In this document: piece after piece, positions 47,601-57,087 of the stretch
Position numbering within the stretch: the first letter of the stretch is position 1
Layout of the letters: each line of letters starts with the position of its first letter
Assembly (NCBI GenBank): GCA_963700145.1
Contig: OY969474.1
Coordinates: 2,752,001-2,816,000, forward strand
DNA length: 64,000 bases
Origin: an uncultured Acidobacteriota bacterium
GTDB lineage: Bacteria; Acidobacteriota; Thermoanaerobaculia; Multivoradales; UBA5704
Direction of reading: 5' to 3'
Translations under genes and position numbers: made by a program
Notes under the pieces: generated by a model
What the model was told of the DNA's origin: nothing
Databases searched by the model: none
The model's input: only the letters and a program-made list of their open reading frames with translations

Positions 47601-47786
47601 GCCGCGGCGCGCCGCTCGATGGGCACCGGCGTCTTCGGCGGCATGCTCGCGGCGACCCTCCTCGGCGTCGCCTTCGTGCCGCTCTTCTTCCGCTGGGTCT
47701 CGGGCCGCGACCCGGAGCCCGAAGAGGCGGCGCTGTCCGAGCCCGAGGTCGAAGAGGAGCGGGAAGAAGAGAGGAGCGCCGCGTGA
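44628..47786 (+). CDS. RND efflux permease (HAE1, AcrB/MexB-like)
   Basis: FFIRRPIFA, GIVVDDAIVVLEN, AKNAILIVEFA, RFRPIVMTS. Confidence 0.97.
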   Translation: MFSHFFIRRPIFASVVSIVIVLAGLAAIFNLPVAQYPEISPPVVSVTAFYPGATAEALQKTVAAPIEEQINGVEGMQYIQSISTSSGLVSTVVTFAVGTDIDLAANNVSNRVRLAEPGLPEEVRRNGVTVQKQNSNFIQIVTLTSPDGRWDEVFLSNYTSLNLLEPLKRVPGVGDVQIFGGRDYSMRLWLRPDILAEYGLTTADVARAVREQNAQFAVGKVGQQPASPDLELTYTVTAEDRLAEPEQFADIVLRSDPSGKQLRLGDVARVELGARDYDTETRLDGKKAIFLGVFLQPGANALATAHGIQQEMATLAARFPAGVEYALPFDTTRFVEVSIEEVVKTLLIAMVLVFAVVYLFLQSFRATLIPMVAVPVSLIGTFAGMFALGFSINTLTLFGLVLAIGIVVDDAIVVLENTERIMATEGKSAREAAFESMTQVTGPVVAIVLVLCSVFVPVAFLGGLAGQLYRQFAITVAMSVAISGLVALTLTPALCALILRHRHEPRGPFALFNRWFEKGTGGFVGAVRFLLRRPVVGLGLFLLVLLAAFGLFRLVPGSLVPPEDQGYFIAAALLPDGATLPRTRAVTDRIEKVLLADPAVEDVGSIIGIDFVGGGSNSAVSTMFVILKKWDERTGEGLDLDTTLGRFYMQTAGIREAMVFAFNPPAIQGLGTTGGFEVYVQSRGESDTARLAAVTQELLGKLNQDPRFAGVRTLFRANTPQINVKLDREKAKALGVSVDEVFSTLQAAFGSLYVNDFNKSGRVFRVQLQAEAPFRSRPEDLTKLYVRADSGAMVQLGSLIRLEYGAGAETLERYNLYPSIKLLGAPAPGKSSAEAIAAVEEIAARELPPDFGIAWTGSALEEKKVGGSSAQVLLLGMVFAFLILAAQYEKWSLPLAVLLSVPFAFLGALLAVWVRGMPNDVYFQIGLVTLVGLAAKNAILIVEFAAQERERGKTILEAALEAARLRFRPIVMTSLAFILGVLPLAFSSGAGAAARRSMGTGVFGGMLAATLLGVAFVPLFFRWVSGRDPEPEEAALSEPEVEEEREEERSAA

Positions 47787-49195
47787 GCCGGCCTCGCCGT
47801 CTCGCGCTCGCCGCGTTCGTTGCGCTCCCTCTAGCCGCCTGTACGGCGCTGGGGCCCGACTACGCGCGGCCCGAGCTGCCGCTGCCGGAGGCCTACTCCG
47901 CGGCGGCGGCCGCGGCGGCGGCGCTGCCCGACCGCTGGTGGAGCCTCTTCGGCGACCCGGCGCTCGACCGCCTGGTGACCGAGGCGCTCGGCGCCAACCA
48001 GGACCTCGCCGAGGCCGCGGCGCGGGTCGAGGAGGCGCGCGCCCTGGCCGGGATCGCCCGCGCCGACCGCTACCCGGAGGTCACCGGCACCGTCGGCAGC
48101 TCGCGCACGCGGCTGTCGAAAGAGACGCTGAACCTGCCGCCCGAGGTGGTCATCCCGCTCGAGATCGACCGCTACCGCGCCGCCGCCAACATCTCCTACG
48201 AGCTGGACTTCTGGGGGCGGCTGCGCCGTCTCGCCGAGGCGGCGCGCGCCGAGCTCCTGGCGAGCGAGGAGGGGCGGCGCAACGTCGAGCTGGCGCTGGT
48301 CTCCGAGGTGACGGCCGCCTACTTCGACCTCCTCGCCTTCGACCACCAGCTCTCGATCGTACGCGAGACCCTCGGCTCGCGCGGCGAGTCGGTGCGTCTC
48401 CAGAGGCTGCGCTTCGAGCACGGCACGATCTCCGAGCTCGACCTGGCGCAGGCCGAGGCCGAGCTGGCCGCCACCGAAGCGACGGTGCCGGCGCTGGAGC
48501 GCGCGGTGCGGCAGACCGAGGACCGGCTGGCGGTGCTGCTGGGGCGGATCGGCGGCACCGTCGAGCGCGGCGGGGCGCTCTCGGGCGTGGCGCCGCCGGC
48601 GGTGCCGGTGGGGCTGCCGTCGGCGCTCCTGGCGCGGCGGCCGGACGTCCTCGCCGCCGAGCAGCGGCTGGCGGCGGCCAACGCGCGGATCGGCGCCGCC
48701 CGCGCCGCCTACTTCCCGTCGATCTCGCTCACCGGCTACGCCGGCACCGAGAGCGCCGAGCTGGCCAGCCTCTTCGCCTCCGGCACCGGCGTCTGGCAGG
48801 CGGCGCTGGGCCTCGTCGAGCCGATCTTCAACGCCGGCCGGACCCGCCGCCAGGTGGAGGCCGCGCGCGCCCGCGAGCGGCAGGCGCTCGCCGCCTACAC
48901 CAAGGCGGTGCAGAGCGCCTTCGCCGAGGTCGAGGACGCCCTGGTCGCCCGCCGCACCGGCGCCGAGGAGCGCGCCGTGCTGGCGCGGCAGGTCGAGGCC
49001 CTCACCCGCGCCCGCCGCCTCGCCGGGCTGCGCTACGAGGCCGGCGAGTCCTCCTATCTCGAAGTGCTCGACGCCGAGCGCAGCCTCTTCCGCGCCGAGC
49101 TCGAGCTCTCCCGCGCCCAGCGCAGCGAGCTGGACGCCGCGGTCGACCTGATGCGCGCCTTGGGCGGCGGCTGGGAGCCGACGCCGTCGCCTTGA
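47783..49195 (+). CDS. Outer membrane efflux lipoprotein (OprM/NodT-like)
   Basis: GTG overlapping permease stop; LAAC lipobox, WWSLFGDPAL, RRPDVLAAE, ALGGGW. Confidence 0.95.
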   Translation: MSRPRRLALAAFVALPLAACTALGPDYARPELPLPEAYSAAAAAAAALPDRWWSLFGDPALDRLVTEALGANQDLAEAAARVEEARALAGIARADRYPEVTGTVGSSRTRLSKETLNLPPEVVIPLEIDRYRAAANISYELDFWGRLRRLAEAARAELLASEEGRRNVELALVSEVTAAYFDLLAFDHQLSIVRETLGSRGESVRLQRLRFEHGTISELDLAQAEAELAATEATVPALERAVRQTEDRLAVLLGRIGGTVERGGALSGVAPPAVPVGLPSALLARRPDVLAAEQRLAAANARIGAARAAYFPSISLTGYAGTESAELASLFASGTGVWQAALGLVEPIFNAGRTRRQVEAARARERQALAAYTKAVQSAFAEVEDALVARRTGAEERAVLARQVEALTRARRLAGLRYEAGESSYLEVLDAERSLFRAELELSRAQRSELDAAVDLMRALGGGWEPTPSP

Positions 49196-49827
49196 GCCGC
49201 GCGAGCCGCGCGGGGCACGCCGAGCCGGCCCCGGGCTACCTTCAGCCCTACCACGACGCTCATCGACGCCGCGCCCAGGGCGCCGAGGCGCTCCTCTACC
49301 CCGACCGGCGCAGCCAGTTCGTGCGGCTGGAGGCGATCGTGCGGCACTGCCCGCTCGCCGGCTTGCACGTCCTCGACGCCGGCTGCGGCCGCGCCGAGCT
49401 GCTTGGGCTGCTGCTGGCGCGCGATCTCGCGCCCGCCCACTACGCCGGCCTCGAAGCGCTCCCCTGGCTCGCCCGCGCCGCCCGGCGGCAGCGCTACCCG
49501 CGCTGCACGATCGTCGAGGCCGACTTCGTGCGCCAGCCGGAACGGCTGCGCGCCGGCGCCGACGCCATCGTCTTCTCGGGGTCGCTGAACCTGCTGCCGT
49601 CGCGGCAGTTCTACCGCACGCTGCGCGCGGCGTGGGCCGCGACCAACCGCTGGCTCGCCTTCAACTACCTCTGCTCACCGGTCGAGGCCGGCGACCCGTG
49701 GCTCCACTGGCACCGCCGCCGGACGGTCCACGACTTCGTCCGCCGCACGGGCGCAGAGTTCCGGGTCTACGAGGGCTACGCCGACGGCGGCGACTGCACG
49801 GTCGTCATGCGTCGGCGTCGCGGCTAG
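49192..49827 (+). CDS. Class I SAM-dependent methyltransferase
   Basis: VLDAGCGRAEL, DAIVFSGSLN; TTG start overlapping previous stop. Confidence 0.85.
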   Translation: MSRASRAGHAEPAPGYLQPYHDAHRRRAQGAEALLYPDRRSQFVRLEAIVRHCPLAGLHVLDAGCGRAELLGLLLARDLAPAHYAGLEALPWLARAARRQRYPRCTIVEADFVRQPERLRAGADAIVFSGSLNLLPSRQFYRTLRAAWAATNRWLAFNYLCSPVEAGDPWLHWHRRRTVHDFVRRTGAEFRVYEGYADGGDCTVVMRRRRG

Positions 49828-49855
49828 GCGCGAAGGCCTTCGCGCCGGGCTCCAA

Positions 49856-50722
49856 TCAATCGTCGGACGGCGCGGGGCGCTCTCCCTCCTCTTCCTCCCA
49901 CTGCCGCAAGAGTGCCGCGGCACGCGCCCGCCGCCGCCGCGCCGCCCAGAGGGCCAGCGCGGCGATGGCGAGCCAGAGCGTCAGCGAGCTGGTGAGGAGC
50001 GGCAGCCAGCGGTTGAGCAGGTCGTGCCGCCGCCAGAAGGCCGCCTCCGCCGAGGCCAGCGGCTCGCCGGTGGCGCGCGCGAAGGCCTCTTCGAAGGGCA
50101 GGCCGCGCGCCGCCTCGGCGAGCACCGCGGCCGGCGCCCCCTGGCCGTGGCGCTGCAGCAGCGATCGCACGAAAGCGGCCGAGAAGGCGTAGGCGCGCGT
50201 GACCTCGGCGGGGCCGCCGGCGAAGCGGCGGTCGAGGCCGGCGAGCCCGCCGCGCTCGCGGTCCAGCCGTACCAGGCGCGAGCGGTCCGCGAGGCCCCAC
50301 GAGCCGCCCGCCACCGTCGCCAGCCCCTCGTGGAACCAGCGCGGCAGCGCCGCCCCTCCGGCGGCGCGGTCGATCAGGACGTGCGCCACCTCGTGGCCCA
50401 AGAGCTCCTCGAGCGAGCCGTCGGGGTAGGAGGGCGTGCGCGCCGGAAAGAGCACCACCGGCCCGCGGGCCCCGAGCGCGTACCCCGCCACCCAGGAGGG
50501 CGCCGAGCGCGCCACCGGCGACCCTTCGGCGGCCAGCAGCACGCGGATCGGCGGCCCCGGCTCGTCGAGCCCGACGAGACGCATGGCGCTCTCGATGCGC
50601 GCCGGCGGCAGGCGGGCGAGCTCGGCGGCCCGGCCCGCCAGTTCGGGAGGCGCCTCGAACTGCAAGCGCGGCGGGACGGCCGCGGCGGCAGCGGCGTAGC
50701 CAAACAGCGCTACGCATGTCAT
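49856..50722 (-). CDS. Peptidase MA-like metallopeptidase, membrane anchored
   Basis: HEVAH and PRWFHEGLA; start uncertain because of REP overlap. Confidence 0.85.
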   Translation of the reverse strand: MTCVALFGYAAAAAAVPPRLQFEAPPELAGRAAELARLPPARIESAMRLVGLDEPGPPIRVLLAAEGSPVARSAPSWVAGYALGARGPVVLFPARTPSYPDGSLEELLGHEVAHVLIDRAAGGAALPRWFHEGLATVAGGSWGLADRSRLVRLDRERGGLAGLDRRFAGGPAEVTRAYAFSAAFVRSLLQRHGQGAPAAVLAEAARGLPFEEAFARATGEPLASAEAAFWRRHDLLNRWLPLLTSSLTLWLAIAALALWAARRRRARAAALLRQWEEEEGERPAPSDD

Positions 50723-50755
50723 CCCGAGCGCAGCGAGGGATCTGGGCGGGGGAGG
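50717..50755. repeat. REP-like half element
   Basis: tgtcatcccgagcgcagcgagggatctggg resembles the common tgtcatcctgagcgcagcgaaggatc REP family. Confidence 0.6.
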
Positions 50756-50790
50756 CCTGCGCCGGAACAAGGGGCTGCCGGTCAACCCGG

Positions 50791-51591
50791 CTAGCCGGCG
50801 GGCGCGAAGAGGTCTAGCGGCACGCCGGTGCCGGAGCCGAAGTACTCGCGCGAGTTGGCGCCGGCGCAGGCGAAGCCGTTGATCAGGATGCGGCGCGGGG
50901 CGCCGCCGCGGTTCTCGGCGCTGCGGTGCACGACGTAGGGGCCGAAGAAGGCGGCGCTCCCGGCCTTGAGCAGCGCCGGCACGCCCTCGCGGTCCTGGTA
51001 GTCGCGGCGCACGTCGCCCGGGTCGAGGTGCCCGCGCCGGCCGCTGCCGGGGTAGAAGACCAGCGGCCCGTTGTCGAGCGTCGAGTCGTCGATCGCCACG
51101 ACCGCCTGCACGTAGCTGCCGCGGCCGTCGACGTCGCGCCACTCGGCCGTGCCGTAGCGGCGGTGCTCGCTGTCCTGGTGGGGCTCGAACTCGAGGCCGT
51201 CGTTCGGGTACTTGGCGTGGAGCTGGTTGAGCAGGTGGACGGCGCGGCCGGCGCCGAAGAGCTGGCCGACGACCGCGGTGAGCCGCGGGTCGCGCCCGCG
51301 GGCCAGGAGCTCGGGCTCGCAGCCCCCGGCCCACACGACCCGCAGCAGGCGCCGCGAGCCGTTTCCTCCGCTGAACACGAACTGGCTGCCGGCGTGCTCG
51401 ACCTTCTGTTCGCCGCCCTCGCCGCTTTCCTCCGCGCTCTCCTCGGCGAGCCCCCGCCCCACCGCCCGCACCCGCTCCGCCGCCTCCGCCATCGCCGCGA
51501 CCTCGTCGCGCGCGAACAGGCCTTCCAGGACGAGGTAGCCGTCGTCGTAAAACCGACCGATGTCGGCCCGGGAGAGCTGCGGGTACGTCAA
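50791..51591 (-). CDS. Phytanoyl-CoA dioxygenase family (Fe/2OG)
   Basis: FYDDGYLV, PHQD, NGPL..PGS, VVHRSAEN. Confidence 0.92.
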   Translation of the reverse strand: MTYPQLSRADIGRFYDDGYLVLEGLFARDEVAAMAEAAERVRAVGRGLAEESAEESGEGGEQKVEHAGSQFVFSGGNGSRRLLRVVWAGGCEPELLARGRDPRLTAVVGQLFGAGRAVHLLNQLHAKYPNDGLEFEPHQDSEHRRYGTAEWRDVDGRGSYVQAVVAIDDSTLDNGPLVFYPGSGRRGHLDPGDVRRDYQDREGVPALLKAGSAAFFGPYVVHRSAENRGGAPRRILINGFACAGANSREYFGSGTGVPLDLFAPAG

Positions 51592-51653
51592 GCTGCGGAA
51601 TTCCTGGCGGCGAAGGATAGCAGATTCCGTATGCGGTACTGTAAGGAACGCCG

Positions 51654-52211
51654 ATGGACGACGCCCCGGAGACGCCCGCGCCGGCCCCGTCGGGGGCCCC
51701 TCTCGGCCGCCAGGCGCGGCTGGCCGTCATGGCGCTCGCCGTCTGCGCGCTCGGCGCCCTGTTCTGGCCGCGGGGGAGCGGGGACACGGCGCCGGCCGGG
51801 CTCCTCCTCGACGCCTCCGGGCGGTCGGCGACCCTGGGGGCGCACATGGCGCCGGTGTCGCTCGTCCACTTCTGGGCCACCTGGTGCCCGCCCTGCCTGA
51901 CCGAGATCCCGGCGATCCAGCGGCTCGCGGCTGAGCTCAGCCGCGAGCCGAGCTTCGGGCTGGTGCTGGTGGCGGTGGCCGACGACCGCGGCAAGGTGCG
52001 CAGCCTCATGGGCGAGGCGAGCAACGTCGTCCTCCACGACACCAACTGGGAGGTGGCCCGCCGCTACGGCACCAAGCAGCTCCCGGAGACCTATCTCGTG
52101 GTGGAAGGCAAAGTCGTCGAGAAGTGGGTCGGCGCCACCGACTGGGACGCCCCCGCCCAGCGCGCCAAGGTCCGCGCCCACCTCGCTGGCGCGGCGAAGC
52201 CGGCGGCCTAG
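51654..52211 (+). CDS. TlpA-like thiol-disulfide reductase
   Basis: [20 protein letters not shown]. Confidence 0.92.
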   Translation: MDDAPETPAPAPSGAPLGRQARLAVMALAVCALGALFWPRGSGDTAPAGLLLDASGRSATLGAHMAPVSLVHFWATWCPPCLTEIPAIQRLAAELSREPSFGLVLVAVADDRGKVRSLMGEASNVVLHDTNWEVARRYGTKQLPETYLVVEGKVVEKWVGATDWDAPAQRAKVRAHLAGAAKPAA

Positions 52212-52837
52212 GTTCCGCCCTCCCCGCCCCGCTCCGCTTCCTCTTCGTAGTCCGCAATCGACGCCTCGATGACGCGGTAGGCGTGGTCGCGGCCGTAGGT
52301 GCGGTCGACAGCGACCGCCGGCGTCGCGCCGGGGACGAGCTTGTAGGTCGAAAAGTAGTGGACCAGCCGGTCGAGGAACGGGCGCGGCACGTCGGCCAGG
52401 TCGGCCGTGGCCGCCCACACCGGGTCGTTCTCGAGCACCGCGACGATCTTGTCGTCGGCCTCGCCGCGCTCGACCATCTGCAGGCCGCCGATGACCCGCG
52501 CCGCGAGCAGCACCTCGGCGCGGGCGATCGGCCGCTCGGAGAGGACGCAGACGTCGAGCGGGTCGCCGTCGCCGCGCGCGGTGCCGGGGGAGAGCGCGCC
52601 GACCCGCGCGCCGCAGTAGGTGCGTGGCACGAAGCCGTAGAGGGTCGGCGGCAGCGACGAGGTCGCCTGCGGCCGGTCCACCTTGAGGTAGCCGGTCACC
52701 TTGTCCACCTCGTACTTGACGAGGTCGAAGGGCGTGATCTCGACGTAGGCGTAGACGACCCGCGGCGGGTCGGGCCCGGGCTCGAGGCCGTGCCAGGGGT
52801 GCGGCCGCAGGGAATGGAAGGGGCGCGGGAAGCTCAT
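52208..52837 (-). CDS. ppa: Inorganic pyrophosphatase
   Basis: [37 protein letters not shown]. Confidence 0.95.
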   Translation of the reverse strand: MSFPRPFHSLRPHPWHGLEPGPDPPRVVYAYVEITPFDLVKYEVDKVTGYLKVDRPQATSSLPPTLYGFVPRTYCGARVGALSPGTARGDGDPLDVCVLSERPIARAEVLLAARVIGGLQMVERGEADDKIVAVLENDPVWAATADLADVPRPFLDRLVHYFSTYKLVPGATPAVAVDRTYGRDHAYRVIEASIADYEEEAERGGEGGT

Positions 52838-52885
52838 GGTCCGACGATCTTACGGCCCGCCGCCCCGCTAGAATGCCGGGCGGCC

Positions 52886-53386
52886 ATGGAAGAGCTGCCG
52901 CAGCTCGCGCTCAAGGTCGGCCTCTCGGCGCTCCTCGCAGGCGCGATCGGCGCCGAACGGGAGTGGGTGGGGAAGTGGGCGGGGCTGCGCACCCACATGC
53001 TGATCGCCGTGGGGTCGACCTTGCTGACCCACGTCTCGGTGCAGATCGGGCTGCTCTACGCCCATGGGAGCAACGCCTGGGACCCCGGGCGGATCGCGGC
53101 GCAGATCGTCTCGGGCATCGGCTTTCTCGGCGCCGGCACGATCATCCAGTCGCGCGGCGCCGTCCACGGCCTGACCACCGCCGCCGGCCTCTGGGTGGTC
53201 TCGGCGCTCGGCATCACCGTCGGCGCCGGCCTCTACGGCGAGGCGGTCCTCACCACCGTCGTCCTGCTGGTCATCCTGGTCGGCATGGTGCCGATCGAGA
53301 AGCACTTCTTGAACCCCGACCAGCGGCGGGTGAAGCGGCGCGCACCGCCACCGGCTGTGACGCCCGAGGAGGAAGAGCCGCTTTAG
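52886..53386 (+). CDS. MgtC/SapB family protein
   Basis: [39 protein letters not shown]. Confidence 0.93.
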   Translation: MEELPQLALKVGLSALLAGAIGAEREWVGKWAGLRTHMLIAVGSTLLTHVSVQIGLLYAHGSNAWDPGRIAAQIVSGIGFLGAGTIIQSRGAVHGLTTAAGLWVVSALGITVGAGLYGEAVLTTVVLLVILVGMVPIEKHFLNPDQRRVKRRAPPPAVTPEEEEPL

Positions 53387-53982
53387 AAGTGAACGGCGAT
53401 GCCGGCGTGGCCCATCGCGAAGACGTTGGCGTCCTCGAAGTCCACGTAGTGCCCCGAGAGCTCGACCAGGATCCCCACCCGCCGGTGGAGCGGGAACTCG
53501 CCGGTGACGCCGAGCACCAAACCGGGCGCCGTGTCGGTCTCCTCGACGAAGCGGAAGAAATCCCCTTCGACCGTGAACCGGGCCTGCTGCCCTTCCAGCC
53601 GGTAGCCCCCGAGCGCGAGATAGATCCCCGAGGTGTAATAGGTCTCGCGCCAGCGGTACTCGCCGCCGATCGTGGCGTAGGTCAGCTCCGCGTCGTCGTC
53701 GAGCGAGCCGAACCCCTCGTCGGTGTCGAGGCCGAGCTTGCCGAGCCGGAGGATCAGGTGCGTGCGCTCCTCCGTGACGAGGCCGAGATTGAGCTGCCCG
53801 CCGAAGTTGTCGAGAGCGTCGCCGCGGTCCACGTCGAGCGAGCCGCCGGCGCCGCCCAGCGCGCCGACGGTGAAGGTGTAGAGCTCCTGCACCTGCGCGT
53901 GGAGCGCGCCGGGGGCGAGGAGCAGGAGGAGGGCGGCGAGCGGCAGCAGCGTGCGGGTTCGGGTGCTCGATTGCAGAGTCAC
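53383..53982 (-). CDS. Outer membrane beta-barrel protein
   Basis: Signal peptide, alternating strands, terminal Phe. Confidence 0.8.
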   Translation of the reverse strand: MTLQSSTRTRTLLPLAALLLLLAPGALHAQVQELYTFTVGALGGAGGSLDVDRGDALDNFGGQLNLGLVTEERTHLILRLGKLGLDTDEGFGSLDDDAELTYATIGGEYRWRETYYTSGIYLALGGYRLEGQQARFTVEGDFFRFVEETDTAPGLVLGVTGEFPLHRRVGILVELSGHYVDFEDANVFAMGHAGIAVHF

Positions 53983-54096
53983 AAGGCCCTCCTTGGCGGC
54001 GCTGGCGGAGTCTAGCAGCGGGGTGCCCGCGCTCTCCGCCCCGTTTTCCGTCTATCCCTGCGGGCTGCCGGGCACGCCTCCGGCCGGCCCACGGGG

Positions 54097-54861
54097 ATGA
54101 CCGCCTCTTCTTACGAACCCGCAGCGCCGAACGTCGCGCCGCTCCTCCATCTCCTGCTGCCGGCCTGCTGCGCCGGGTGCGGGGCGCCGTTGCCGCGGCG
54201 GGCGCCGCTCGGCCTCTGCGCGCCCTGCCGCGGGCGCCTCGTGCCCCTCCCCGCACCACGCTGCGCCGCCTGCGCCCGGCGGCTCGACGCCGCCGCCCTC
54301 CCCGCCGGCTTCCTCTGCGGCCGCTGCCGCGCCCGCCCGCCGGCCTACGACCGCCTCCTCGCGGCCTGGAGCTACGAGCCGCCGCTCGACGCCGTCGTGC
54401 GCGGCCTCAAGTTCGGGCGCCTCGATTACCTGGGCGACCACCTCGCCGCGGCTCTCGCCGCCGCGCTCGGCCCCGAGCTCGCCGCCGCGCTGCCGGCCGA
54501 CGCGCTCGTCACTCCCGTCCCCCTCCACTGGCGCCGCCGCCTCGCCCGCGGCTACAACCAGGCCGAGCGCATCGCCCGCCCCCTCGCCGCCCGCCTCGGC
54601 CTCCCCTACCGCCCCCTCCTCCGCCGCCGCCGCGCCACCCCGCCGCAGACCGCTCTCCCGCGCGCCGATCGCCTCGCCAACCTCCGCCGCGCCTTCGTCC
54701 CGCGCCGCACGGCGCGGGCGGCGCTGCGCGGCCGCGCGGTTGTGCTGGTCGACGACGTCGCCACCACCGGCGCCACCCTGAACGCCGCCGCCGCGGCCCT
54801 CAAACAGGCCGGGGCAGCAATCGTCCTTGCCGTCGTCGCGGCCCGGACACCGGAGGAGTGA
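54097..54861 (+). CDS. comF: ComF family protein
   Basis: Double zinc ribbon, PVPLH..RGYNQA, LVDDVATTGAT. Confidence 0.92.
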   Translation: MTASSYEPAAPNVAPLLHLLLPACCAGCGAPLPRRAPLGLCAPCRGRLVPLPAPRCAACARRLDAAALPAGFLCGRCRARPPAYDRLLAAWSYEPPLDAVVRGLKFGRLDYLGDHLAAALAAALGPELAAALPADALVTPVPLHWRRRLARGYNQAERIARPLAARLGLPYRPLLRRRRATPPQTALPRADRLANLRRAFVPRRTARAALRGRAVVLVDDVATTGATLNAAAAALKQAGAAIVLAVVAARTPEE

Positions 54862-54882
54862 TAGGGCTCTCTGTGGCCGGCC

Positions 54883-55773
54883 TCACTTCACGGTCGCGAG
54901 GAACTCGTCCAGGATCCGGTTGACCTCTTCGGGCTTGTCGAGCTGCGGCCAGTGGCTCGTGCCGGTCACGACCTGGCGCGGGATCTCGGGCGCGAGGTTG
55001 TGCAGCGCGCCCGGCGACTCGCCGTGTGAGGTGTCGACCAGCAGCTTGGGCCCCGGGTACGCCTTCAACGCGGGCGTCGGGTCGTAGTCGAAGATCGCCT
55101 GGATGATGGCGAGCGACGCCTCGCGCGGCACGCTCTTCCTCTCCTGCTCGATCCGCGCCGCGACCTCCGGCCGGGCGCCGGTCAGGAGGCTCTGCCAGTA
55201 GGTCCCCATCGTCTTGTCGTAATCGGCCTCGAGCGCGCCCATGACCTGCCCGGACTGCTCCGGCGACGACTTGCCCGGCGTGCCGACCAGCACGAGGCCG
55301 GCGACCCGCTCGGGATGCGCGTCCGCGTAGGCCAGCGCGGCCGCGCCGCCCATGCTGTGTCCGACAAGGACGAACCGCCCGAAACCCAAGGCGTCGACCA
55401 CGGCGGCGATGTCCGCGGCCAGCGAATCCACCGCGTAGTCGCCGGCGGCGGGCGCCTCCGATCGGCCGTGCCCGCGGAAGTCGAGCGCCACCGCGCGCCG
55501 CGTCGGCCGCAGGTGCGCGAGCTGGGCCGCCCAGTGCTCACTGCTGCCGGCGTACGAGTGGACGAACACCACCGGCAGCCCGCCGGTGCCGCCGTCGTCG
55601 ACGTGCAGCCGGCCCGCCGGGCCCTTGACCGGACCGGTCATCGGCGCGCTCTCCTCCTCCGATTCCTGCGGCGCCTGCGGAACGTCGCGCGCGCAGCCGA
55701 TCGCAAGGCAGACCGCACTCGCGAGGATCCATGTGGCCGCCGCCAGGCACGTGGTCCTTCTCGCGGTCGCCAT
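54883..55773 (-). CDS. Alpha/beta hydrolase lipoprotein
   Basis: AIGC lipobox, DFRGHG, GHSMGG, SHWPQLDKP. Confidence 0.9.
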   Translation of the reverse strand: MATARRTTCLAAATWILASAVCLAIGCARDVPQAPQESEEESAPMTGPVKGPAGRLHVDDGGTGGLPVVFVHSYAGSSEHWAAQLAHLRPTRRAVALDFRGHGRSEAPAAGDYAVDSLAADIAAVVDALGFGRFVLVGHSMGGAAALAYADAHPERVAGLVLVGTPGKSSPEQSGQVMGALEADYDKTMGTYWQSLLTGARPEVAARIEQERKSVPREASLAIIQAIFDYDPTPALKAYPGPKLLVDTSHGESPGALHNLAPEIPRQVVTGTSHWPQLDKPEEVNRILDEFLATVK

Positions 55774-55792
55774 GGTGATGCACCCTCCCCGG

Positions 55793-56059
55793 CTACGGCT
55801 TCCGGTCCTTTCGCGATCTCGGATCGTGCCCGGAGCTGTCCTTGTCGCGGATCGTGCCGTCCTTGCGGTGAAAGACCGCCTCGACCTTGTCGCGTTGCGC
55901 ATGCCGCCGCGCCGCCTTCTCCGCCTCGACCTGCGTGCGGTGGTGCGACAGGGGCGTCGCCGTGCCCTCCCGCTTCACGTCCCACCCGGCCCCGCCCTTC
56001 GCCGGCACCGAGTGAATGTTCCGCTTCCCGCTACCCCGGCTTCCGCTGCTCTTGGCCAT
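55793..56059 (-). CDS. DUF2188 domain protein
   Basis: HSVP..GWDVKREG..HRTQ.EA, HRKDGTIRDKDS.G.DP. Confidence 0.9.
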   Translation of the reverse strand: MAKSSGSRGSGKRNIHSVPAKGGAGWDVKREGTATPLSHHRTQVEAEKAARRHAQRDKVEAVFHRKDGTIRDKDSSGHDPRSRKDRKP

Positions 56060-56139
56060 GCTGTCTTCCTCCTTTGTATGCTCGAGGGCCGGCTGACGTT
56101 CATCCGCGCCGGCACTCCTTCATGGGCTTGCCGAAAATG

Positions 56140-56940
56140 TGCCAGCCTTAACCGCAGTGTTTGCAGGAGTGTAGGAGCGAACCGAAGTGCCGCTCGTCGC
56201 TGGTGGCGCGCTCGATCAGGAGCAGGCCATGGACGGACGGCTCGCCGCCGGACGCGCTCTCGCCGCCGACGCGCTTGTAGTGCACGGTGAGACCCTACAG
56301 CAGCGCAAACGCCGCTCGCTTGACGAAGTCGTCGCGCTGGTCGCTCCACTGCGCGACCTTGGCCCAAGCATACGGCGTGCGGTCAAAGAGGTTGAAGCAC
56401 AGGGTGTCGCAGATGCTCCACTTGTCGAAGTCGCGGCACCAGCGGTCTATCTGCGCGGGCGCGACGCGCGCCGGCTCGTCGACGAACGAAGTCAAACATC
56501 CGAGGCTGTTACCAGCCGGTGTCCCACGGGGCGGCGGCGAGCTCGTGGCTGCGCCCGAAGCGCTTCGCCACATCTGAGAGTTGGCCATCGACAAGCTGGG
56601 CGAGACCGGCCAGGAGCGGCCGCCCTCGGGGGCGGCGGCGGGAGCGACAGCGGGGGCCGCGGGGCCGGGCGCGCTGCCCTCGACCGACGGCTCCGGGATC
56701 AGCGGCTTGCCCGCGCGCACACCGAAGACCTTGCTCGCAGTGATGCCGAACCGCGCCAGGTTGTCGCGATCCTTCCGAGTGCTCATCCGCTCGAGCGGAC
56801 AGCGCCGCCTGGACCTGCTCCTGGAGCGGCCGCGCTCTCTTGAGTGGCCCTGGTAGGCATGTTTTTGGCGCGCTCCCTGGTGCGCTCTTCGGCGCGGGTT
56901 CCCACGCGGACTTCGTCTTCCTCGTCGTCTTGGCAAGCAT
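56140..56940 (-). pseudogene. Degraded DNA alkylation repair (AlkD-like) gene
   Basis: Fragments NLARFGI, HELAAAPWDTGW*, DFDKWSICDTLCF, VKRAAFALL*; stops, frameshifts and an internal insertion. Confidence 0.8.
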
Positions 56941-57087
56941 GCGGATGCTCCGTGGGCGCTACGCCGACGTCGCCAACACTAGGCCACTACACAGGTAAGG
57001 CGCACGCCCGTTGCCGATGAGCCTGATTGTGACAACATACGCTAAACAATAGAGACCCCTAACTAGGAGGCACTCGTCAGTACCTTC

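Noticed and set aside
47297-47782. N-terminal extensions in the ORF track (also 10506, 20249, 30403, 52045, 52124, 55902)
   Set aside because: They overlap neighbouring genes or repeats; downstream starts with RBS, signal peptide or coupling are more plausible
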